A stretch of DNA of 63,994 nucleotides, filler included, from Jimgerdemannia flammicorona (GCA_003990765.1; 3 parts of 3 records of this genome joined end to end with filler, not necessarily neighbours in it); one strand, 5' to 3'. Positions 13,406 through 25,506 are shown, numbered from the whole stretch's first letter. Notes: a model not told the origin generated them from the sequence alone. Numbers and translations: made by a program.

Positions 13406-14362
13406 CTATTTGAATAGCACTTCTTTCTTGAGAAGGATTTGGATTGGGGTAGCGATTTGGGCAAAATCTTTGATAAACCTTCTGTAGTAGGATACTAGTA
13501 TCAGGAATGATAGTATTTCCTTTGGAGTCTTGGGTACTGGGCAATTGTTGATCTTCTCGATTTTCTTTGAATCTGCATGAGTTCCTTCCTTTGAAATCAT
13601 GAATCCCAGGAATTCTAGTTTCTGTTTCCCAAAGTAGTATTTCTTTGCATTTAGTCTCAAGTGATTCTTGTGGGTAAGCTTGAATAATTCCTCTAGGTAG
13701 TGCAGGTGTTCTTTGAAATTTGCTGAATAGATGTTGGAATCATCCATGTATACAATCAGACAGTAGTGGATCAAGGGGGTATAGACCAAATTCATCATCC
13801 TCTGGAAGGTGGGGGGTGCATTGCAAAGTCCAAAAGGCATTTGGAGGTATTCAAACAGTTTTCCTAGAGCAAGGAAGGCTGTCTTCTGGATGTCCTTTGG
13901 GTCCATGGGGATTTTATGGAATCCTGTGAAGAGGTCCATACTGCTGAAGTATCTGGCATCTTGTAACTGGACCAAAAGGTCATTGATTCTGGGCAAAAGA
14001 TAAGCATCCTTTTCAGTGACTGAGTTGAGTTTTCTGTAATCCATGCAGAGTCTCCATCCTCCTTTCTTTGATACAATAAGTATAGGGCTGGCCCAGGGAC
14101 TGGTAGAGGGTCGGATGACTCCATTGTCTAAGAGTTCTTGGATGTGCTCCTTTTCGAATGATTTCAAGTGATAGGGTATTCTATAAGGTTTTTGCCAGAT
14201 GGGTATTGCATTTCCTGTATTTATGCTGTGGTGATATGATGGATTGTATGGCTGGTTGCTATAATCGGTGGTGAAGATATCTTGATATTTGTTGAGAAGT
14301 TCTACTAGTTGTTGCTGTTGTTGAGGTGTCAATTCTTCTACAATGTTGGTGGAAGGCTTCAC
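13406..14362 (-). pseudogene. Gypsy reverse transcriptase
   Basis: 'SPWASPILIVSKKGGWRLCMDYRKLN', 'MPFGLCNAPPTFQRMM', 'YMDD', 'LEFLGF'. Confidence 0.97.
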
Positions 14363-14839
14363 TGTCTCCTGGGTCGCAGAGGGGCCTTTCCTTTCTTCTG
14401 GGACCTTTTGCCATTTCCCAATAGGTTTAGTTCATGAACTTCCCTATAAGTTTGGTTGAGAAAAGGCACCAGATGTCCAATGATGGTTCCTTTTGACAGG
14501 ATGATGGTCTCCCAACTTTGGTTGGTTGCTCGGGAGTTTACTAGGTTCATCTTGTCAGGGAATGTGTGTCCCTCTATGTCCAGGTGTGGGATATCTTCCT
14601 TGGGTTCAAAGAAAAGGTTCCTGGGGTCAGGTGGTACAAAGATTTCGAAGGTAGTTTGTTCTCCAGACTCCAGGATGAGATTCTTGTATAGTCTGACTGG
14701 TTGCCAGTACACTTGCTGGGGAACATTCCTCTTGAGGTGATTGACTTGAAGGAGATGTACCTCCTGTCTGAACTTCCAAATCCCTTGGCTTTTCTTGTTC
14801 CTTCAGTTAGTTCAGAGACTTCCTGTAATATTGGGTCTT

Positions 14840-15180
14840 GACCTTCATGAAGACTGCTTGGGCAATCTTCTGTCCTCTAATGATTCAGTGCCATTCCACA
14901 CTGCTATTGTGTAGGATAACCTTGATTTCGCCTGTATATCCAGGGTCAATGGTTCCTCCTTCTACAGTTATCCCTTGTCTGGCAAGTCCAGACCTTGAGG
15001 TCAGTTGAATATAAGCTCCTTGGGGTGGCTGCATGGCTAATCTGGTTCTGACCATAAAGGGTTTTCCAGGCTTGACAGATTCATCTTCCAGGCTGTGAAG
15101 ATCATATTCTACATCCTCTGGGTGGGCTTTGGTCGGGGGTTTGGCCTTGGGGTCCAGCAGGGCATACTGGGCAATGTCCT
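14840..15180 (-). pseudogene. Element-encoded trimeric dUTPase domain
   Basis: 'PTKAHPEDVEYDL' (motif I), 'SRSGLA' (II), 'GTIDPGYTGEIKVILHN' (III) and, after an in-frame stop, 'GQKIAQAVF' (IV). Confidence 0.9.
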
Positions 15181-16499
15181 TGCTGAGTTCAGGCTTTCTT
15201 GAGGCTGAAGCTCCACTAGTGGAAAGCCTCCAAGCTCTAAGGTTGAGGTGTGGCCATCTGGCTCCAGTAGAGGGGTCTTGAAGGTAATTGATTCCCCTCC
15301 TTCCTATAGGGTCAAGGGCTTCCATGAAGTTGGTGGCATCTTCTGCCCATCCTTGGTGAGTTGTATGTCTGATGAGAGCTAGGATGTCTTCTCCCAGATC
15401 ATAGATCTTGAGGATTCTTTTTTTTATCTTCTTGGTCTGACTTTTTCAAATCTGGCTTTTTCAGATCTGGCTTTGGTTATCTCCTTTCTTCAAAGTGTGC
15501 ACTGCAACATCATGACTGAGGTGAATCTTCTAATGTCTGCAGTCTTGGCAGTCAGGGTGTCTCCCATGGTTGCAATATCCCATTGCTCAGAAATGGTGTT
15601 CCTGGCTATTGATCTCTTGTTGTCTTGAGAATTGATACCCATCTTAGTTATAGATGAGTGGAAGAGTAGACAAGGGATATATTTCTGTCTGGGTGAAGAA
15701 ACCTTATCCTCTAAATCGACTTTGTAACCTTGTGGTAACTTCTTGAAAAGTGGTTGACTATGCAAGTGTAGTTGGAGGTTCTTCTCTCTGGGGTCTCTGT
15801 CTTTCTTATTGGTCCAAAAGATGACATTGATAGCAGTAGTCTTGGGGTGAGTGGAAGATCATTTGGTGTGGACATCTTTCTAGCAGAAAAGCTTTCTCTT
15901 GGTGAGTTTCTTTCTTAGGAATAATGGTGATTATACTGGGTCCTTCCTCCATATTCCAAGAGTCATTGTCTTCGGGTGGTGTCCAGTGAGGGTCATCCCA
16001 GGGAATGAGTTCAGGGACCTCTTCTTCATCAGGTACTTCTTGTTCAGAAACTTCTTGGTCAGAAGTTTCTTCTTCCTCAGATAATTCTTGACCCCAAATT
16101 ACTTGTACTTCTGCTACTTCAGTTGCAGGTGTTTCTGGAATATGTCTGCATTTCTTCTTCTTCCTTCTGACTCTAAGCATGCTGTGCCAGGCGATTTCCT
16201 TGTTCCCATGATCCTGGAGGAGTGCTCGGGACACTTATGTCTCTTGAGGCATGTAGGGCATCCTTTGGCTTCTCTTGCAATGGCTCCAATGGTGATAGGG
16301 ATAGTGTTCTTGACCCACACATCATCTTCTGGTCTGTCATCCACCAGGTTAATTCAGGGACTGAGTCTGGGATCATTTCCATCTTCAGATTCTTCTCCCT
16401 CTTCTGTAGTAGACTCCTCACTACTGGAATATTCTTCTTGAATAGTGACCTTCTTTTTCTTCTTCGATTGCTCATAGCTGGTCACCTTAACCTTATATT

Positions 16500-16860
16500 T
16501 CTTGCCTCAGTAATCAAATTTGAGTACTTGTTGGCTGATATCAAAAACTGCATTCATTTCCTTCATCCAGTTGGTGCCAAGAATCATGTCATAGGTGACA
16601 GCTTCAGTGACAACAGCTTTGGGGATAGAGAACTGAATGTGTCCAAGAGAGATGATGATATTTCATACTTCTCCAAGGGGTTGAGTTTGGGCTCCATCTA
16701 CTACTATGATGCTGAGGTTGGATGGTCCATCAATGGGCCATTGGAGGGTGTCCAAGAATCGTTTGACAATGACACAGATAGCTGTTCCTGTATCTATGAG
16801 GATTTTCGCTTTTTGTCCTCCAATATCTCCATATAGGTAGGTGCTGATATGTCTTTCAGC
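16500..16860 (-). pseudogene. Gypsy aspartic protease
   Basis: Minus-strand translation gives 'KILIDTGTAICVI' (~16770-16810) and 'YDMILGTNWMK' (~16560-16595). Confidence 0.85.
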
Positions 16861-17511
16861 TGCTTGAACAGGGATAGGAGCTCATTCTTGCTGTGGGATT
16901 GGAAGTCGGCCAGTACTAGACCTAGTGGTTCTTAGCAATTTGTTTTGAACCCCAGCTGGTGTCATTTGCAAGAACTGCAGGAGAGGGACTTCTATCTTGG
17001 CCTCTTGGATCTTCTGCCAGGCTTCATTATAGATATCTCTAGGCATCATTTTTGGGGTGTACTTCTTTTTGGGTTTTTGGGTGACAGGTTCCTATTCTTC
17101 TTGTTCCATTTCTTCATCCTCTGGTGGCAACTCATTTGTCTCGGGAGCAAAAGGTGAGGGGGTTCAGAGAGGTGTTTCTACTTGTTCCTCCTCATGTTCT
17201 TCATCCTCTTCTTGGATAATTCTTCTGCTGATGTTCCTGGATGGTCTTCCTACAGGCCTCTTTCTTTTCTCTGCTGGATAGACTGTTTTCTGGATTGTAA
17301 CCTTGGTAGGGTACAAATCGAGGTCACTGTAGTCTTCACTGTTGCTTGCTTCCTTGAAATCTTCAACAGGATGGGCTTCAGTCTTTTTGTACTGAGTGTC
17401 ATTCCTTCAGTTTGCTGGTTCTGGGTCTCTTTGGTCACTTCTTTTGTTGTCACATTCAGTGGCATAGTGTCTGAATTGTCTCCAGTAGAAGCATTGGACT
17501 TGGGCTCTATC

Positions 17512-18354
17512 TCAGACAGGGTACCTTCTTTCTTCTTGCTGGTAATTCCTATTATCTCTTAGTGGATAACATTGGCTCCTCTGTGGTAGGTACCCTCTGT
17601 TGTTTTGGTAGTCCCTATTTTCATATATGGTGAGTTTTTCAATCTGTCCAACCAATTGGTCTAACTTGGAGCCAAGGTCTTGGATTTCACTTCTGTCCTT
17701 CTTTCCTTCCTTGGCTGGCCTTCTTTCTTCGGACCTTTCTTGTCCTTGAAGGAGTCCTTGTAGGGGTTTGACCAGTATATCTTCTTTATCTTCCTTCTTG
17801 TCATGATCACTCCAGGTGGTTCCTTGCCTGATATTAAAGAATCCTTGGACTGCATCTACTTGCTCTTCAGACCTTCTGATGCCTAAGGTGTGGACATGCT
17901 GGGCAATATTCAGGGGAATTCTATTCATAAAGGTCATTGGACCTATGATGTCTTGATTGGTAGCATTGAACTCGGCAGAATGCATTCTCTTCTAGATTCT
18001 TGTGAAGAAGGCTCTGGGTGATTCTCCAAGATTCATCTTCATTCCCATGATGGATTCCTGAGCCTTGTGGTGGGTTTTGTTTCCTGCATATTTTTCAATG
18101 AGCCAGTGGACCATGGCTTCATATTCTAGCTCATCAGACATTGCTGCTTGTATCTGTCTTGCTAGTTCTGAATCTCTGTTATTTGCTGTCTGATGGAAAA
18201 TTCCTCTGGCTGGTTCTCTGAGCTGAGCTTTATAGATGGCGATTTTTCTTTCTTCTGAGAGATTTCTCAAGGCTGCAATTTCTTCAATTCCATTAAGGAA
18301 TTCTCTGGGATCTTCCTCTGGATATCCTGCAAAGGTTGGCAATGAGGTGGTCAT
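17512..18354 (-). pseudogene. Gypsy gag (capsid-like), with one in-frame stop near 17990
   Basis: 'LPTFAGYPEEDPREFLNGIEEIA...', 'MKMNLGESPRAFFTRI', then a coiled-coil 'LDQLVGQIEKLTI'. Lies just downstream of the 5' LTR/PBS. Confidence 0.8.
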
Positions 18355-18901
18355 TTCCTCATCACTTTCTTCTGATTCTGGTTCAAGTTCAGATTCAGAT
18401 TCTGATTCATTTCCGAAATGTCACTAGAGACAGCGGTGCTTGGGTATCTTGAAGATCGTGTTCTGGTCCTTGGGTGAGGTAGAATAGGCCTAGGTATTCT
18501 TGTAGGAGCTACTTCTGGTTCTGCAAGGAGTTGTGGTAGGGGTTCTATTAGTGAGATTGGTGGGACTGGTGTGGGGTGTCTGGCTGTAAAGTATTTGGTC
18601 TGTGTAATAAGGTCTTCTAGTTCTTGTGCAAGTTCTCCAAAGTCTCTAATAGGGCTGCCTGTATTGTCTGGTTGATCTGGTTGATCTGGTTGGGGATTTT
18701 GGGCTGTACTGCCTTCTGCTACTGGTTGGGATCCTTCTGATGCTGGGTAGTTGGCAAGTCTTGAGGTGATTACTTCTCTCCTTGTCCAAATACTAGTGAT
18801 GACCTGTTCTCCTATAGTGGTAGAGATTGGTGTTGTATCAAATGTATCCAGTTTGACTGTGAGTTCTTGTGAGCTGAAAAGTCACATCAATTTTAAATAT
18901 C

Positions 18902-18920
18902 TTCCCAGTTGTGCCCCCAA
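18902..18920 (-). promoter_or_regulatory. Gypsy primer-binding site, tRNA-Pro-like
   Basis: Minus strand reads TTGGGGGCACAACTGGGAA directly after the LTR end, resembling the tRNA-Pro PBS TGGGGGCTCGTCCGGGA with CpG decay. Confidence 0.6.
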
Positions 18921-18921
18921 A

Positions 18922-20370
18922 TGTAATGTGCTGGCTCAATGGAGACAAATTACAAGGTTGGGAGTTGATGTAGTTTGGCTTGAGCCCCCAGTTACTTTGT
19001 CAAAAAGCAACAAAATGTTCTAAGATTCCTGAGGTCCTTGGTGTTTAGTAGTATAATAGTCAAAGCTGGATATCTGCGAGTGATTTTCTTATTGGGATGG
19101 TTCTCTGGGTGTAGCAGTGATTTGTGTGGATGGGTTTCCTTCTTGGGTCAACTGGGAATGGCACAATTTTGTGTAGTAAGGCAATCTCCAAAAGTATGTG
19201 ATTTCTGGCATGACAATCTCTTGTGTAGCACAACAATCTTTGTGTAGTTTGGATTTCTATATGTGGTAATCTGGCAATTTGGCAGATAACTCAATTTGGC
19301 TTGGATTTTCCAAAAGTGGTAGTTTGGGAATAGAAGATGGTGCAGATTCTTCTTACTGGGAATTATACTAGTGGTAGGTAATTTAATAACTCAGGCTCAC
19401 TGGAAACAATGAATAACTCAGATGTTGCGGATTCTTCCTAAATCGGTGGCTCTTCTGGGAATATGATGGCGTGGATTCTTCTGAATCAGCGGCTTCAACT
19501 GGGAATGTAGCAGATAGCTTAGAAACAGCAGATGACGTGGATTCGGCTCCAACTACTACTTGGATGGCATGGGTAATTTGGATAACTTAGGTGGCATGGA
19601 TTCTTCCTGAATTAGTGAGCTTCAACTGGGAATTAACTAGAATTCTTAGCAAGTTATGTCGAGACTGGCTTCATTTGCACAGAGTTGTGTTGATAGACTG
19701 GCTCTACTGTGAAGTTGCATCAGGGACTGGCTTGTAGCAAGGCTCTCTAGGAATATAGAAACTGGGGTTCTTCAGGCTTATCTGGCAAGTGTACCAATAG
19801 CGTGGCTTTTTCCTTACGTAGCGGGTTCTTCATTAGGTGGCGAAGTTCTTCCTTGAACTTGGCAGCAAATCTTCAGACTTATCTGGCAAGCAAACCAAAA
19901 ACAAACTCATTCTTTGTATTGGAAAGTGGACCAGAGTGGGAAAAGGAGACCAATGCTCACAATCTCCTAACAGTGGCTATAGAGTTCCTCTAGAAGTGTG
20001 GTAGGCAGACTTGTCTTTTGCTTTTGGATTCAATTTTGGACTTTTCGGACTGAGGTTTATTCACTCTTGTCTCTGGGGTAATTTATATAATTTGGTTGCT
20101 ATCTGGTTACTATGTGGCTAACTACAGCTCTGCTACTTATGGCAGGTGTACAGAGTCTGTACAGTGTACAGGACCTGTATAGTATACAGAGTCTGTATAG
20201 TGTACAGAGTCTGTACAGGTATACAGACCCTTTCTGGTATGTCTGGCTATTTATACAGTTTTCTGCAGTAATGGTTGCTGGTTACTATGCTGTGTGTTCA
20301 TGTCATCTTGCCTAATTGTTCATATCATCTGGTTAAGATATAATTCAGATGGTACATTTGGTTTGTCACA
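18922..20370 (-). repeat. Gypsy 5' LTR (1449 bp)
   Basis: Direct repeat of 9861-11332; ends in TG/CA; abuts the ATAG TSD. Confidence 0.95.
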
Positions 20371-21039
20371 ATAGATACTGAACTATACATCTATTAATCA
20401 TAAGGCTATGAAAATGATCAGAACAATGAACTCATATGCAAACTCTATAAGGGATTATATAGTATCAAATAAGTGGTACAATTGTGAAATAAAAGTTTTA
20501 ATAAGCATTTTCTTGATAATGGATTTATATGCTGTAAAGTGGATAATTACATATACATCTAATACTATGATGATGGCATAGTTTTTATTGACGTTTGGGT
20601 TGATGATATAATCATCATTACCAGTAAAAATCAGCTTAACAGAGTAAAGAAAACTCTATGCTGAGAGTTTAAAATGATGGATATGGGTAACACCTCCTTC
20701 CTTTTGAGGATTTGAATTATATATGACGGAAATGCATATGCCATATACCTCTCGCAAGCAACATATGCTCAAGCAATCCTCAAACATTTCAATATGAGTG
20801 ATTGCAAGCCCATTGAAACTCTAATAGATACTTTTATGAAGTTAAGGGAAGTCCAACAACAATATGTATGAGGATAATAACATTATATACACCAAGGATA
20901 CCAATATTCCCTACAGATAAGCTGTCAGTTCTCTCATATATTTAATGCTTTGAATGAGGCCTGACATATCCTTTGCTATCAATAAAGTGGCACAGTATTG
21001 CTCATGTTATGAAAACTTGCACTGGTTGGCAATCAAGAG

Positions 21040-21429
21040 TAGTGCTCCGAACGAGTCAATCCGGATGGGATTCGGATGGATTCGAATTGGATTCGAATCA
21101 GATTCGAATTGGATTCGAATCCCATCCGGATGGATTCGAATCGGATTCGAATCGGATTCGAATCGGATTCGAATCAACCATTGTTTTGATTTCCAAATTA
21201 GACAATTAAATGTTTACATCAATAACTTGATGAATAATCATCCAAATTTGATGATCTTGGTGTCATTTGAAAGCCCTTAATAAGGCCTTTCTAATGATAC
21301 CAAGAACATTAAAATCGGATTACGTGTTGCCGAGATATTAAGGAAAACGTTCCATTTGACGAAATTTCCAAAATCGGCAAATCAAAGAATTTCCAAAATC
21401 GGCGATTCAGACGTTTTCCTTCATAACTC
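21040..21429. mobile_element. End of a probable DNA transposon/MITE (hAT-like TAGTG start) truncating Copia 2; 11-bp palindromic tandem repeats and hairpins
   Basis: Abrupt switch from AT-rich Copia RT to CpG-rich TAGTGCTCCG...; repeated GGATTCGAATC at 21068-21175; inverted repeats at ~21242-21319 and 21332-21350/21411-21429. Runs into the gap. Confidence 0.55.
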
Positions 21430-21529
21430 NNNNNNNNNNNNNNNNNNNNNNNNNNNNNNNNNNNNNNNNNNNNTTAATTAATTAANNNNNNNNNNNNNNN
21501 NNNNNNNNNNNNNNNNNNNNNNNNNNNNN
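21430..21529. other. Assembly gap with artificial TTAATTAATTAA six-frame-stop linker
   Basis: N44-TTAATTAATTAA-N44; identical structure at 42954-43053. Confidence 0.97.
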
Positions 21530-21848
21530 CCCCCCTCTCAGCCAGCTCTCCAGTCCCGCTCCCTGCCGACCCCCCTTCACCTTCTCCACAAAGCTCACCC
21601 TGCCTGACCCCTGACCTCCAGCTCCACCCCCTCCTCCACCGTGGCCCCCCGCCAGCAGGCCTCCCATACTTCCCCCCAAGCCGGGGCCTCTCCCCACTTG
21701 CTGCCAATCAAATGCTCCAGGGCCACCCTGCCCAGTACGCACCTCCGGATACTTGTTGGTCACCATGTTACTAGTAGCTTTTCTCCAGAAACTGTGTTGA
21801 AAGTGTTGCCAAAGTGTTGTGTAACCTGAATGTTACCGGAGAAAGATG
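21530..21848 (-). mobile_element. 5' end of a second LINE-like element of the same family as 1-1355
   Basis: ORF 'MVTNKY...GGGGG...RVSFVEKVKGG...LESWL' and the shared terminal motif (plus strand GTAACCTGAATGTTACCGGAGAAAGATG vs GTCACCCGAATAGTACTGGTGAAAGATG). Confidence 0.55.
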
Positions 21849-22358
21849 TGCCAAGGGTCATTCACATTTTAGTGAGAACATCTAAGAAAAGTAGCCATGA
21901 CATCCAAGGGCATAGTTTATTTTTGACATAAGACATGACCGATAACATATACATGTAGGACATGTGGCATAGAGATGAACGAAGCATATAGGCCGGAGTT
22001 CGAGGTGAAAAGATATATGCGTGTAAGCGCGTTTCATGGGTGATATTTAAATTATTGATATATATACTAGAACATAAGCTCAGTTTAATTAATGAACAAG
22101 GTGAAATTGTATAAATCAGAAAAAATTATATAATGTAATGTTTTATAAGACTTTTAAAATCGGTTTATCTGTAATATGCTGGTCATATTCTCCTCAGAGT
22201 GTATGCCGTTATGCTCTGTGCCTGTTCCCTCAATAAATGCTATGGCCTGTAACAGCAGTTGTAATCCAGTATCACAACGGGACGTCGCATTTTCTTGGTT
22301 CTCGGTCAGGGTGTGGTGGGCCTGTTCTTCGATTGGATCTGCAGGCGGCTGATATTGC

Positions 22359-23510
22359 TTAGTTTTGTATCGACATTAAAGTCTAAGTTAATGTTGATGT
22401 TGTTGCAGTTCCGCAAGTATAAGCTAAGCTTGCCATAATAATGAGAGTAGTTCCAGTATTTTGGACGACTAATAGCATAGATCTTCTGGATGCCATTGTG
22501 CTCCTTTAAATATTGCAAATAGCGGTTGACTCCATGGTGCTTTCTGTCACAAAACTGCATGACAATGTTACAAGATTGTTTGAGAGCCTTCCTCACGATC
22601 TTCTCATTTGAGGCGGACAGATTATTACTAAAACTGTCGATGATGGTAGGTACTGTCTCCGAAACAAGCTCTGTCATATTCTTTGCAAGAACCACACGAG
22701 ATGCCCCCAGAACATCGCTTGCCTTCCATCTTGCACCAATTGCATGCTTTACCCGGCCAAATTCTTTCCACTTTCTCCAAGGAGACATGGCGAGGACAGT
22801 ACTTATTCCTACGCAAACAGTCTGGGCATTGCTTGTATTTCACAGGTGGTGTGACGATGGAAGGTGTAAACGATGTTGGTGTCGCGATCAGTTATGATAG
22901 TTGGCGATGAACTTTGTGTAACTTCGTCTATTTGACAGACCATCCAAAGTGGAGCAGTATGAATGTCTTCGCCGAATATGTTGGAGTTGAGGAATGATTG
23001 AAGATCATCCTCCATGATTGTGTCGATGATATTGGGAACTCTATGGTAGTGTTGGTTAAATATATCAATTTCACTGAGAGTGACGCTATGATCAAGTATG
23101 TCGAGTTCATCTTTGTCGATATCTATGTGAAGGTCTTCGTTGAATAATTGGATCTTCATGGTGGTATTCTTCACCGAGTGCGCTTAGTGAGAAGTCGATG
23201 GTGGGATCAAAGTCAAGATTAATCGGAAGAGATTCAGCGATGCTGCCACCAGGTATGAAATTTTCGAAGTCGAAGTATGTGTTGAGGTCCTCTTCGACAA
23301 TTTTTATGCTGCTGTTATTGAGGATGTCATTAATTGCATCGTCCAAGGCGCTAGAATCCAGATCGATGTCGGATTGACCTTGTTGAGCGTCGCTAGCATG
23401 GCACTCCAGTTGCAATTCAAGTTGGGCTTGGAGGGCGTCCTCACAGTTAAAAAATCCTGGACCCATTTGACTGGTGCATAAGAGGCAGGAGGTGTTGGAA
23501 TGGGAAGATT
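22359..23510 (-). pseudogene. Zn2Cys6/ARM-tail family copy 1 (frameshifted)
   Basis: Pieces in four ORFs (23107-23715, 22809-23174, 22628-22843, 22306-22788) together reproduce the 26536-27747 protein, including 'CNWCKMEGKRCSGGISCGSCKEYDRAC'. Confidence 0.85.
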
Positions 23511-23913
23511 TTAATAGGATCAAGGTAGAAGTAGTGGAGGAAAGATATGATATTTGTTGGCGAGGTTGCAAGTCTTCGACTTTATAGCTCAAAGTGACGT
23601 TTGAAAAAGGCAGTGGTTGGACGTAACCACATTCTCCATAAAGCATGCCCCCAACTGAATGTCTTACGGGTAAGGACAACCCGACAACTTCCCGCTTACT
23701 TAGCAGTTTCATCATATCACACGGTAGGTTCCGTCAAAGAAAACGGCACATAACCACCACAATGATATATGTCATACGTTATTATTTGTGGCTTATGTTA
23801 TACGTCATCAATGTTACGTCACAACGCGTTATTTGCATTATCAATAAGTGCCAGTACGACCTTATAATAAGGCGCCCAAGATTTGAAGAATCGACCCAAA
23901 TAATCCTGTAGGC

Positions 23914-25506
23914 GTGCACTTGAACACGGACAGCGACAACTACACTCCGCACAATGCGACGCGACAAACCTGCATACGCACCCGCAACCTCCTCGATATG
24001 ACAGCACTCCCTCACTCCAACTCCTTCCATCTAATCTCGTTGACATCGCTCTGCGAGGACAAGACTATCTCGCAATCCGCATCGGAGCCGGAGAAGCTCG
24101 GAAAGCGACGGAGATCCGGCTCTGGCTCCGGCTCCGGCAGCGGCTCCGATAACGGCTTTGGCTCTTCCGTGTCGCACTCGTCCGACTCTAGTTCGCATCA
24201 CTCCGGTTCGGGCCACTCGGGGATCCAGGGGAACCTGGAGGAGGAGTGGGGCGAATTTGTACACCCGGCAGGGGTGAAGCCCAAACACAAGAGGATCGTC
24301 ACTTGGCTCGGCAAAATCGGGTTCACTGCCAAGGGCATCGTGTACGGCCTCATCGGCGGCATGATATACGCGTCTGCGAATAGGTTCAATTTGCCGGGAA
24401 TTGCGATCGATAATGGATCGCCTTAGGTAAGCGTGGTGCTTTGGGCTATCGTGTAAAGTGGCTCCGTGTAGAGATTAATCATGACTTATTGGTTTTGTTA
24501 TTCATGCATATTCACAGGAAGTTTTCATATTCATCGATGATATTCCGATTGGAACGCCTTTGCTTGTAATCATGTTCACCGGTGTACTCTCCTATGCCGT
24601 ATGACGATTGTGAGTTTACTAATCGCCTTGTAAATAGTCATTTCTTCCGCGGTAACCTATACTTACCAACCCTCCATCCTCTTTCATCTAACAGCTGGGA
24701 AACCATTACTGGCCAGGGTACTGACGCCCAATTCTCCGCCAAAAGATCTTCTTCCGCTACCGCCTTTCTCCCTTCGTCAGCGGCTGCGTCTACGCGGCTT
24801 ATTTCTATTACATTATCAAATTAATCCCCATGACGAGCCAAAGCCGCTCAGAAGCCGGCAGTCCGGGCTGCTTCCCGTCATGCTGGCGCGACTCTAGTCT
24901 TATTTAGCATAGCCTTCTCCATTGCGACGGTGACGCAGCTAATCAACATGCTGACGGTGGGGTGGCATCGTGACCTACGCGTTAGGCACTCACACCCGAT
25001 CAAGTACGGCGTCTACGCTAGGCCACGCCGGGTTCCTTGCGCGTGCGGGAGTGTCTCTGTTCGTAGCGGTGCTCATGTTCCGCGCATTGGCGGCACCCGT
25101 CGACTCGACCCATTCTACCGTCGCCAACGCGCTCAACGTTCTACTGCCCACGACCTCCGGGAAGGTATTCATGTTCGTGCTGGAGGTCGGGCTCATTTTG
25201 TTTGGCTTGTTCGCCATCCTGGATTCCGCGTACAAGTACTTCCCAATGCCGCCGCCGAGCCGGGAGCAAGATGGGAGTTTGGAAGGGGAGAGGAAGAGAC
25301 GAATGTGGAGGGCGGTGACAAAGTGGGCCGGGTATACGGATCAGCCAAAGTCGCCGTTCGAGATCGAAGAGGGCGAGATGTATATGGAAAAGGTCAAAAG
25401 GGAAAGGAGGGACAAAGTGGAAAATGGACATGAAGCAGATGAGGGATATTTTAGTTTTCGATCACGTGGGGATAACGAGAAGAGGTGGGTGAGGGATGGG
25501 GAGTAA
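23914..25506 (+). pseudogene. DUF1206-like multi-pass membrane protein gene, copy A (about 3 exons; disrupted)
   Basis: 'WLGKIGFTAKGIVYGLIGG', 'LGHAGFLARAGVSLFV', 'GKVFMFVLEVGLILFGLFAI'. Introns ~24427-24518 and ~24610-24694. GTG where copy B has ATG; TAG at 24424 where copy D has CAG before the GTAAG donor; frameshifts. Confidence 0.7.

Larger units (their letters stand above)
9861..20370 (-). mobile_element. Full-length Ty3/Gypsy LTR retrotransposon (~10.5 kb) carrying a dUTPase; ORFs disrupted
   Basis: Paired TG...CA LTRs; 4-bp TSD ATAG at 9857-9860 and 20371-20374. Minus-strand order gag, PR, dUTPase, RT, RNaseH, IN. Confidence 0.97.
6322..21039 (+). mobile_element. Degenerate Ty1/Copia element (copy 2), split by the Gypsy insertion (parts 6322-9860 and 20371-21039) and truncated in RT
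   Basis: gag CCHC knuckle 'CHYCGKYGHK*SDC' (~7412-7453); protease 'WLMDSGT' (~7748); integrase 'YFITFIDDY' and 'PYIPQQNGVAEQFN'. RT resumes in register after 20370 ('DVWVDDIII', 'MRPDISFAINKVAQY'). Confidence 0.9.

Noticed and set aside
16222..16836. 204-aa plus-strand ORF
   Set aside because: Antisense shadow of the Gypsy protease region.
20954..21280. ORFs with 'RIRIGFESDSN' repeats
   Set aside because: Read-through from the Copia RT into an 11-bp DNA tandem repeat, not a protein repeat.
21474..21485. TTAATTAATTAA palindrome (also at 42998-43009)
   Set aside because: Centred in N-runs of identical length with stops in all six frames: an artificial contig linker, not biology. Linkage across these gaps is therefore not assumed.
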